From: an uncultured Gemmatimonadales bacterium
Lineage (GTDB): Bacteria > Gemmatimonadota > Gemmatimonadetes > Gemmatimonadales > Gemmatimonadaceae
Length of the DNA: 64,000 bases
Reading direction: 5' to 3'
NCBI GenBank assembly: GCA_963701965.1
Contig: OY969695.1
Location: 3,488,001-3,552,000, forward strand
Below the pieces are notes generated by a model. The model ran no database searches. It worked only from the letters and a program-made list of their open reading frames with translations, and was not told where the DNA came from. Every line of letters starts with the position of its first letter. The stretch's first letter is position 1. Below are positions 56,610-64,000 of the stretch, piece after piece. Both the position numbers and the translations under genes were made by a program.

Positions 56610-57635
56610 GTGTTTTGGGCGGCGACCGTACGAATAATCAGGTGCGCTAGCGCGGCGCTTCGCGCCAGCGCTCGCGCTACGCCGCGCGCGTACGCCGCGG
56701 CGCCGACGCGTTTCGTAACCTGTGGGTTGCCTCGAATTGCATACGGCGTGATGCTCGTGTGTGGCGTGGCGTGCAGCGCCGGCGCGCCGAAGACGCGCTC
56801 GGTGCATAGCATGCCGGTCACGGTCGTCGATGGCGATGGGGATACCGTGCGCCTTGCCACATTGGCAACGCGCGTCGTGTCGCTGGTCCCGAGCGCCACC
56901 GATCTCATTGGAGCGCTCGGCCAGCCGTCGCCGCTCGTCGGGCGGACGCGATACGATACGGCCAAAGCCATCCAGACCGTAGCGTCAGTCGGCGGGACGG
57001 AGGACCCGGACCTGGAGCGACTGTTTGCGCTCCAACCGGATCTGATCATTGCGTGGCAGGGCGCCAAGCGGGCTCCCATACGGCGGACGATCGCATCCCA
57101 CGGGATCGCGGTCTACGCCGCCGACACGCGCGACTCCGCCGCGCTCTATCGGACCGTGCACGACCTCGGCGCGCTCCTGGGTCGCGACTCCACCGCCGCG
57201 GCGCTGGCCAGCACGCTACGCGCCCAGATCGACAGCGTGCATGCGTCGGTCGCCGGGCTCGGGACACCGAGCGTGCTGTTCGTGATCTGGGGCGATCCGC
57301 CCATGACCGTCGGCCCGCACACGTTCATCGCCGAGTTGATCCGGATCGCCGGTGGCCGCGACGCATTCGACGACGCGACGACCGATTGGCCGCGCGTCTC
57401 GATGGAGCAGATCGTGCATCGCGCGCCAGACGTCGTGGTACTCTCCGTGGGAGAGGATTCCGCCCGGGGCGCCGAGCTCCTGCGGCACAGTCCAGGGTGG
57501 CGTACGCTCCCGGCCGTGCGCACGGGTCACGTCGCCGAGGTGCCGGCCGACCTCACGATTCGCCCCGGGCCGTTGTTCGGCGTCGCCGCCCGCACCTTCC
57601 GCGACGCGATCCACCCGGAGGCGCGCCACCAGTGA
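56610..57635 (+). CDS. btuF: Cobalamin ABC transporter substrate-binding protein
   Basis: RVVSLVPSATD, PDLE...LQPDLII, PPMTVG...FIAELIRIAGG, RPGP; lipobox VAC. Start uncertain (56610 has a strong SD; 56727 is an alternative). Confidence 0.85.
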   Translation: MFWAATVRIIRCASAALRASARATPRAYAAAPTRFVTCGLPRIAYGVMLVCGVACSAGAPKTRSVHSMPVTVVDGDGDTVRLATLATRVVSLVPSATDLIGALGQPSPLVGRTRYDTAKAIQTVASVGGTEDPDLERLFALQPDLIIAWQGAKRAPIRRTIASHGIAVYAADTRDSAALYRTVHDLGALLGRDSTAAALASTLRAQIDSVHASVAGLGTPSVLFVIWGDPPMTVGPHTFIAELIRIAGGRDAFDDATTDWPRVSMEQIVHRAPDVVVLSVGEDSARGAELLRHSPGWRTLPAVRTGHVAEVPADLTIRPGPLFGVAARTFRDAIHPEARHQ

Positions 57636-58627
57636 TGCCGCGCCGGGCCGCGGCCGTGCTGGCGACTCTCGCGATGTTGGTCGTGATCGCCTTCGCGATC
57701 AGCCTGCGCGTGGGATCCGTGACGCTCGATGCCCGTGCGGTAGTCGTCGCCCTGTCGGGCCGGGGGGACCCCGCGACGGTGGCCATCATCAGAGAGCTTC
57801 GACTTCCCCGCGCCACAGTCGCCATGCTCATTGGCGCCGCCCTCGCCGTCAGCGGCGTCACGTTCCAAGCGCTGTTGCGGAACCCGCTGGCCGAGCCCTA
57901 TGTCCTGGGAGTATCGGGCGGCGCCGCACTGGGTGCCGTCGCGGCGATCGTGGTTGGCGCGGCGATGCCGGTCCCGTGGTCCGTGTCCGCCGCCGCATTC
58001 GCCGGCGCCGCGCTGGCGATCCTGCTCGTGCTCCGCATCGCCGCCGGAGTCGGTCCGACCCTCGACACGCGCGTGCTGCTCCTGGCCGGCGTCGTCGTCG
58101 GCGCCTTTGCCAACGCCGGGATCTTTCTCATCCTCTCCGTCGCCGACGTCGCTGCCTTCCGCTCGGCTGCGGGTTGGATGATGGGCAGCTTGTCGGGGTC
58201 CACCTGGCCCGGCGCGGCGACCCTGGCCGCGTATCTGGTCCCCAGCCTCGCGCTGCTGCTCACGCTGGCCCGTCCCCTCAACGCGCTCGCCATCGGCGAG
58301 GACACCGCGGCCTATCTCGGCATCTCGGTGGAGCGCACGAAATGGCTCGCCTACGGCGCGGCCTCCTTGCTCGCCGCGGCATCGGTCGCCGCCGCCGGCA
58401 TCATCGGCTTCGTCGGTCTCATCGTGCCTCACGCCGCGCGCCTGGCGTGGGGCAGCGACCATAGGATACTGCTACCTGCGTCGGCACTGCTCGGCGCGGC
58501 GTTCCTCCTCCTCGCCGACACGCTCGCCCGCACCGCCGTCGCTCCGACCGAGCTGCCGCTGGGCGCGGTCACCGCCGTCATCGGCGTCCCACTCTTCGTC
58601 GCGCTGCTCCGGCGCCCGCGCGCATGA
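57635..58627 (+). CDS. btuC: Cobalamin ABC transporter permease (FecCD family)
   Basis: LRLPR, QALLRNPLAEPYVLGVSGGA, GEDTAAYLG, IGFVGLIVPH, ELPLG. Confidence 0.9.
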   Translation: MPRRAAAVLATLAMLVVIAFAISLRVGSVTLDARAVVVALSGRGDPATVAIIRELRLPRATVAMLIGAALAVSGVTFQALLRNPLAEPYVLGVSGGAALGAVAAIVVGAAMPVPWSVSAAAFAGAALAILLVLRIAAGVGPTLDTRVLLLAGVVVGAFANAGIFLILSVADVAAFRSAAGWMMGSLSGSTWPGAATLAAYLVPSLALLLTLARPLNALAIGEDTAAYLGISVERTKWLAYGAASLLAAASVAAAGIIGFVGLIVPHAARLAWGSDHRILLPASALLGAAFLLLADTLARTAVAPTELPLGAVTAVIGVPLFVALLRRPRA

Positions 58628-59403
58628 CCGCGGCGTGGGAATGCCAGGATCTCACGATTCGATACCCCGGCGCGCCCGCGCCGGCGCTCGATCGCGTGAC
58701 CCTGGCACTGGAAGAGGGCGCGTGCACCGTCGTCCTCGGCCCGAATGGATCGGGCAAGTCGACTCTCTTGCGCGCATTGCTCGGCGTGCAACCTCCCGGG
58801 AGTGGCGACGTACGATGCTTCGGCACGCCCGTTCGCGCCTGGCGGCGCGATGCCTTGGCGCGCGCGGTTGGGGTCGTGCCCCAGGGCGAGCGCGAGACGT
58901 TTGCCATGACCGCGCGCGAAGTCGTCGCCATGGGGCGCTACCCGCATTTGGGCCCGTGGCGGGCCGAGCATGCCGAGGACCAGGCCGCGATCGCGTCGGC
59001 CATGGCGCGGTGCGATGTCGCCGACTTCGGCAGTCGATACATGGACACCCTGTCGGGCGGTGAGCGGCAGCGCGTACGCGTCGCGCGCGCACTCGCGCAG
59101 GAACCCCGCGCGCTCGTGCTGGATGAGCCCACCGCGTCGTTGGATCTCCGACACGAGATGGAAGTCCTGACGCTGCTCGCGACCCTGGCGTCGAGCGGCG
59201 TCACCATCGTCTTGGTGACCCATAATCTCAGCGTTGCCGCCCAGTACGCGAATCGCGTCGTGCTCCTGGATCGCGGGCGACTGGTAGCTGACGGTCCGTC
59301 GGATGCCGTGCTCACCACGGAGCGATTGAGCGGCGTGTTCGGTTGGCCCGTGGAACTGGTCCGCGGTGGCGCCGGCACCCCGTACATCGTGCCCACGCAC
59401 TGA
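58624..59403 (+). CDS. btuD: Cobalamin ABC transporter ATPase
   Basis: GPNGSGKS, LSGGERQR, LDEPT, VTH. Confidence 0.9.
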   Translation: MTAAWECQDLTIRYPGAPAPALDRVTLALEEGACTVVLGPNGSGKSTLLRALLGVQPPGSGDVRCFGTPVRAWRRDALARAVGVVPQGERETFAMTAREVVAMGRYPHLGPWRAEHAEDQAAIASAMARCDVADFGSRYMDTLSGGERQRVRVARALAQEPRALVLDEPTASLDLRHEMEVLTLLATLASSGVTIVLVTHNLSVAAQYANRVVLLDRGRLVADGPSDAVLTTERLSGVFGWPVELVRGGAGTPYIVPTH

Positions 59404-61559
59404 TGCGCGGCGCGATGGCGGCTCTCCTGTTTCTTCCGGCCCTGGCGTGGGGTCAAGTGCCGGCCGAGGTACACGGCCGGGTCACATCCCGGTCTGACGG
59501 GCGCACCATTGCCGGGGCGATCGTCGAGGACGTCGCCGCCGGAGGCGGCGCGTCCACAAACGATCAAGGGGATTTCGTCCTTCGCGGACTTCCACCCGGC
59601 CGCCGCACGCTGCGCGTGCGCGCGGTCGGGTATCGACCAGTGAGTCTTGGGGTCGGCGTCGAAAATGGCCTGACCACGACGATGGACGTCACGTTGGAGC
59701 CGGTGACCGCGCGGTTGGCGCCGATCGCGGTCGTCGCCGCGGCCGACACCGCGAACGCCGGCGCCACGACGATCACGCGCGTCGAGATCGAACGATCCGG
59801 CCGGCGCGACCTCGGCTCGCTCTTGTCCGGGCAAGCGGGCGTGCTGGTCACGCCGTACGGCGGCCCGGGCGCGCCAGCCACGCTGTCGATGCGCGGCTCG
59901 GACGCCAACGAGATTCTGGTGCTGGTGGACGGCGTGCCGATCAACTCGCCCCTCACCGGTATCGCCGACCTGTCGACGATCCCCCTGAACACGGTCCAAC
60001 GCATCACCGTAGTGCGCGGCGCCCAATCCGCGCGCTGGGGTGGGCGGGCGATGGCGGGGGTCGTCCTGATCGAGACCCGCCGCCCCACCGGCGCCGAGGC
60101 CGAGTTGGATGTCACCGCGGCGTCCTGGGGAGAGCGCGACGGCACGCTCTCCGTCGGCGGCACAGGTCCCGCCGACATTGGCGGCGTGATGACGGCGTCC
60201 CGCCGCCTCACGCGGAACGACTACCCGTACGACGTCCCGGACATCCGCGGAGGCGGGACCGCCGTGCTCGGCAATGGCGGATTTTCGTCCACCGGTATCG
60301 ACGGAGCGCTGAGCCGGGATATTGCGCCGATCGCGCTGCGCGTGCACGGGACTTACCTCTCGGACGCGCGTGGCGTCCCGGGTTCCATTGCCGCGCCATC
60401 GCTCGAGGCCCGCAACACCGACGAGCACGTCGCCGGCGGCGTCGATGCCCGCGCCGATCACGGCATCGTCCGGTGGACCGCCGATCTCGAGGCCGAACAT
60501 CAGCGCACGACGTTCGTCGACACCAATCCGCCCATTGGAGCGCCCTACAACGACCGCATTGGCGCCAGCAGCCTGTCCGCGCTGGCGTCCGTCGGGACCG
60601 GTGGCCCGCGGCTGTCGGCGAGCGCGGGGGTCGAGGCGCGCTGGATCGACATTTCCGCGACCGCGCTCTCGGCGAACGCGCCGGCGTCGGAACACGAGGA
60701 TGGTATCTGGACCCGCGTCGAAGCCAGCCAGCCTGTCGGGCGTGCCGTCACCCTCGGCGCCGAGGCCGGCGCCCGTGTCGACTGGAGCTCATTGCTCGAC
60801 GGGCCCCAATTCTCGCCGCGCGTGGGCGTGTCGGCCAGCCATGGCCCGCTGACGTTGCACGTGAGCGTCGGCAACGGCTTCGCGCCGCCGGCCTTGGCCG
60901 ATCAGTACTTCCACGAGGGTGTGCAGGTGCAGCCGAACCCGAACCTCAAGCCCGAGGAAGTCCGTGGGGAAGTCGAGGGTCGTCTCACGCTGCACGAGAT
61001 CGCGGTCGGGCCACTGCTGCGCGTCAGTGGCGACGTCGCCGCCTATCGGGCCGACGTGGACGGCATGATTCTGTGGTTTCCCGATTTCCGGTTCGTGTGG
61101 AGCCCGAACAACTTCGACGTGCATTGTTCCGGGTGGGACGGCTCCCTCGCGCTGACCCTCCCGCCCGCGGGCTTCACGTTGCGCGGGACGATCACCCAGG
61201 TCGTCGTCGATTACGCCACGGCGCCGCTCTCCGGCCAAGTGGCGTACCGGCCGCGGACCACCGGGAGCCTCACAGGCTCACTCACCCGCGGACCGGCGAC
61301 GCTCGACGTGACGACCCGCTACATTGGTGACCGGCGCACCGTGGAAGGCAGTGCCCTCAACTCCATCGGCGCCTACTGGCTCACCGATGCGCAGCTCACC
61401 CTGCATGTCCCCGGGACTCCGTGGCCGCTCGACGTGTTGGCCGGAGTCGACAACGCGTTCGATCGACACGTCGCTTTGCTCTTCGACTATCCGCTGCCGC
61501 CCCGTACTTGGGTGCTCGGCATCAAGATCCGCACGCCCTCTCACTCCTATCTTCCATGA
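59403..61559 (+). CDS. btuB: TonB-dependent cobalamin receptor
   Basis: Signal peptide, plug (SMRGSDANEILVLVDGVP...RITVVRGAQSARWG), PNPNLKPE; lies in the riboswitch-led operon. Confidence 0.85.
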   Translation: MRGAMAALLFLPALAWGQVPAEVHGRVTSRSDGRTIAGAIVEDVAAGGGASTNDQGDFVLRGLPPGRRTLRVRAVGYRPVSLGVGVENGLTTTMDVTLEPVTARLAPIAVVAAADTANAGATTITRVEIERSGRRDLGSLLSGQAGVLVTPYGGPGAPATLSMRGSDANEILVLVDGVPINSPLTGIADLSTIPLNTVQRITVVRGAQSARWGGRAMAGVVLIETRRPTGAEAELDVTAASWGERDGTLSVGGTGPADIGGVMTASRRLTRNDYPYDVPDIRGGGTAVLGNGGFSSTGIDGALSRDIAPIALRVHGTYLSDARGVPGSIAAPSLEARNTDEHVAGGVDARADHGIVRWTADLEAEHQRTTFVDTNPPIGAPYNDRIGASSLSALASVGTGGPRLSASAGVEARWIDISATALSANAPASEHEDGIWTRVEASQPVGRAVTLGAEAGARVDWSSLLDGPQFSPRVGVSASHGPLTLHVSVGNGFAPPALADQYFHEGVQVQPNPNLKPEEVRGEVEGRLTLHEIAVGPLLRVSGDVAAYRADVDGMILWFPDFRFVWSPNNFDVHCSGWDGSLALTLPPAGFTLRGTITQVVVDYATAPLSGQVAYRPRTTGSLTGSLTRGPATLDVTTRYIGDRRTVEGSALNSIGAYWLTDAQLTLHVPGTPWPLDVLAGVDNAFDRHVALLFDYPLPPRTWVLGIKIRTPSHSYLP

Positions 61560-62623
61560 CTATTACCCGCCGTTTGATCGCCGGTCTCGCACTGCTCACC
61601 GTTGCCGCCTGTGGCTCCGACAAGACCACCGCGCCGCCGCCGGGATTCCTGCACGGACAAGTCGGTTTCGTCGTGAACGCGCTGAGCCACTCGGTCACGT
61701 TGTTCCAGCTGGCCAGTCCCGCCATGAAAGAGCAGATCGCCCTCGGCGCGTCCAATACCATCACGCCAGTCGGCATGAGCGTCCAGGGCAAGACGGCCAT
61801 CGTCCCGCTCGGCGACGCGGCCAGTGTTGCCGACATCGATCTCACGCACGTCAGCGCGACGCCGAAATTCTTTCTCTTCCCCAGCGGCAACGCCACCGGC
61901 CAGGCGTTCATCGACGACACGACGGTGCTGGCCAACAACGCCACAGACGGTGTCGTCGGCCGATTCACACTGGGACAGTCGTCGACGAACATCTCCAACA
62001 CGGTCGGCGTGGCGCCGCAGCCGACGGACATCGTCGTGAGCGGCACCCGCGCTTACATCATCTCGGCGAATCTCGACCAGAACTTCGCCCCGATCGGGAA
62101 TGGCATCGTCACCGCGCTGGACACGAAGACCCTCCACGTCCTCGGCACCGTCTCGACGACGGGAATCGATGCGTCGGCCGGCGCCATGGGCCCCGACGGC
62201 AAGCTCTACGTCGTCAACACCGGTGATTTCGTAGACCCCGGCAGCGTGACCGTCATCGATCCGGCGTCGCTCACGGTCGTCGACAGCATTCCCAACGCCG
62301 GTGTCGGCCCGACCGCCATCGCCATCGACAATGGCGGTCTCCTCTACATCTCCGACTTTTCGACGGGCACACTTGTATACAACACGTCGACGCGAGCCTA
62401 CGTACGGGGGCCGAACAACCCGGTTTGCGCCTTGAACGCGCAGCAGGCCTGCCGCGGGGCCGCGGACACGCGGACCGATGCCAACGGCAACGTGTACCAG
62501 GTGTACTTCGGCGCCACGGGCGACCCCGGACAGATCTTCATCTATGCGCCGGGCACGTATACGCTCAAGGACAGCGTGACCGCCGGTGATGGGCCCATCT
62601 CGCTCCGGATCGCCTCCTACTAA
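61556..62623 (+). CDS. Beta-propeller lipoprotein (YncE/BtuG-like)
   Basis: Lipobox VAAC; repeated blades (GKLYVVN...SVTVID...GVGPTAI; ...AGDGPI); ATGA overlap with btuB. Confidence 0.75.
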   Translation: MTITRRLIAGLALLTVAACGSDKTTAPPPGFLHGQVGFVVNALSHSVTLFQLASPAMKEQIALGASNTITPVGMSVQGKTAIVPLGDAASVADIDLTHVSATPKFFLFPSGNATGQAFIDDTTVLANNATDGVVGRFTLGQSSTNISNTVGVAPQPTDIVVSGTRAYIISANLDQNFAPIGNGIVTALDTKTLHVLGTVSTTGIDASAGAMGPDGKLYVVNTGDFVDPGSVTVIDPASLTVVDSIPNAGVGPTAIAIDNGGLLYISDFSTGTLVYNTSTRAYVRGPNNPVCALNAQQACRGAADTRTDANGNVYQVYFGATGDPGQIFIYAPGTYTLKDSVTAGDGPISLRIASY

Positions 62624-63510
62624 TGCGCGGTGCGGCGACGGTCGCCATGCTGATCGATGCCGCGCTCGGCGAACCGCCGCCTGCGTGGCATCCCACCGTA
62701 TGGATGGGACGCGGCATTGCTGCCGGGCGCACGCGACGGCGCGCAGCGTCACCGAAGGGGGCCTTTGCCGAAGGGGCATTGACCGTTCTCGGCGTCGCCG
62801 CGGTCGCGGCGACCGCCGCCCGCGCGTTGGAGTCGATCGTCGGCGGACCACTCGTCGCCGGGCTGGCGCTCAAGCCGGCACTGGCGCTGCGGGGACTGCT
62901 CGATGCCGGGAAAGCCGTGGAGCGCAGCCTGCGCGCCGGCCGCCTCGAAGAGGCGCGCCGGCAGCTCTCCTATCATCTCGTCTCTCGAGACACCGCGACG
63001 CTATCGGCGAGCGACGTGGCGGGGGCGGCTATTTCGTCGCTGGCCGAGAATGCCAGCGACAGCATCGTCGCCCCGCTCCTGGCGTATCGGGTCGGCGGCC
63101 TCGCCGCCGCCTACGCCTATCGCGCGCTCAACACGGCCAATGCGATGCTCGGGTATCGGACGCCCGAGTTGGAGTGGTTCGGCAAGGCGGCGGCGCGCAC
63201 CGATGACGTCGTCAACTGGTTCCCCGCGCGGGCCACGGCGGCGCTCATCGCGGCGGCCGCGCCTGCGGCGGGTGGCTCGATGCGCGCGGCTTGGATGGCG
63301 GCACGACACGACGCGGGTCGTTGCCCCAGCCCGAACGGCGGCTGGCCCATGGCCGCCATGGCGGGCGCACTCGGGGTCGTGCTCATCAAGCGCGGCGTGT
63401 ACACGCTCAACGATCGCGGCCGGGCGGCCACGCCCGACGACATCGCGCGCGCCCGTCGTATTCTCGTCGTGTCGTCGGTGATGGCTACCGGATTGGTCGA
63501 GCTGTGCTGA
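62623..63510 (+). CDS. cbiB: Adenosylcobinamide-phosphate synthase
   Basis: GEPP...HPTVWMG, LVSRDT, SLAENASD, YRALNT...MLGY, FGKAAARTDD, SPNGGWPMAAMAGALG. Confidence 0.95.
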   Translation: MRGAATVAMLIDAALGEPPPAWHPTVWMGRGIAAGRTRRRAASPKGAFAEGALTVLGVAAVAATAARALESIVGGPLVAGLALKPALALRGLLDAGKAVERSLRAGRLEEARRQLSYHLVSRDTATLSASDVAGAAISSLAENASDSIVAPLLAYRVGGLAAAYAYRALNTANAMLGYRTPELEWFGKAAARTDDVVNWFPARATAALIAAAAPAAGGSMRAAWMAARHDAGRCPSPNGGWPMAAMAGALGVVLIKRGVYTLNDRGRAATPDDIARARRILVVSSVMATGLVELC

Positions 63511-64000
63511 CCCACGGTCGCGACGGCTTCGCCGTCTGCGTGAATGCCTATGGGCCCGCGCCAAACGTGCGCGCGGCCGCGCTGGCGGCCTCGATCGACG
63601 CCTATCCCAATGCGTCGTGCGCCGCCGCCCGCGCAGCGGCCGCGCGGCGTTTCGGGCGACCGGTCGACGAGATCGCCTGCGGGGCCGGGACATCGGAGCT
63701 GATCCAAGCGATCGCGCTCGCCACGGTCCGACCGGCCGACGTCGTCGTCATCTGCCGTCCGGCGTTCTCCGAGTATGGTCGCGCCGCTCTCGTGGCGGGC
63801 GCTCGCGTGCGGCGTCCGGCACGGCTCCCGGTCGGTGCGCCGGAGCCGGCTATTGGAGAGGGGATGATCGCCGCCATACGCGAACATCGTCCTCGCCTCG
63901 CGTTCCTGGCCGCGCCGACCAGCCCGGAGGGCATCGCGCTCTCCCGCGAAACCGTCCGGGCCGTGGCCGATGCGTGCCAGCAGCAGGGCGCGCTCCTGGT
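63504..64000 (+). CDS. PLP-dependent threonine-phosphate decarboxylase (CobD/CobC-like), truncated by window end
   Basis: Not in the ORF track. GTG 63504 reads MLTHGRDGFAVCVNAYGP...AYP...GAGTSELI...PAFSEY...PTSPEG, a class I/II aminotransferase pattern; follows cbiB. Confidence 0.8.
   Translation, partial: MLTHGRDGFAVCVNAYGPAPNVRAAALAASIDAYPNASCAAARAAAARRFGRPVDEIACGAGTSELIQAIALATVRPADVVVICRPAFSEYGRAALVAGARVRRPARLPVGAPEPAIGEGMIAAIREHRPRLAFLAAPTSPEGIALSRETVRAVADACQQQGALL

Noticed and set aside
1..64000. tRNA, rRNA, transposases, integrases, prophage
   Set aside because: No recognisable motifs, and intergenic gaps are short or otherwise explained; a covariance-model scan was not possible.

Overview
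GC-rich bacterial DNA; a Gemmatimonadota-like origin is inferred from protein style only and is not proven. 1-22.6 kb (+): a large flagellar cluster, fliI(end)-fliJ-motE-like-fliK-flgD-flgE, then a sigma54/IHF-type promoter, then fliL-fliM/N-fliO/P-fliQ-fliR-flhB-flhA-flhF-flhG-fliA-orf-flgF-flgG-flgA-flgH-flgI-flgJ-flgN-flgK. 22.6-26.2 kb (-): motA, motB, a degenerate REC/HD-GYP protein and a sensor-less histidine kinase. This block diverges from a chemotaxis operon (two MCPs, cheA-W-Y-B-R, 26.3-35.0 kb) across two back-to-back sigma28-like boxes. 35-54 kb is accessory: a TonB receptor with a LytS/LytTR pair, several exported hydrolases, a phosphatase / beta-barrel / four-repeat His lipoprotein trio, an orphan RcnR, stress genes, a candidate HTH + nucleotidyltransferase toxin-antitoxin pair and two ABC permeases. 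54-64 kb is a cobamide uptake and salvage locus: cobQ-cobU divergent from a cobalamin riboswitch that precedes btuF-C-D-B, a BtuG-like beta-propeller lipoprotein, cbiB and a cobD-like gene. Five genes carry single-base frameshifts (flgE, fliM, mcp2, the phosphatase, one permease), most likely sequencing errors. Best novelty candidates: the four-repeat His lipoprotein operon, the HTH/AT-hook + NTase module, the motAB-linked pseudo-signalling pair, and the FliM-FliN and FliO-FliP fusions. All family calls come from motif recognition by eye; no database search was run.
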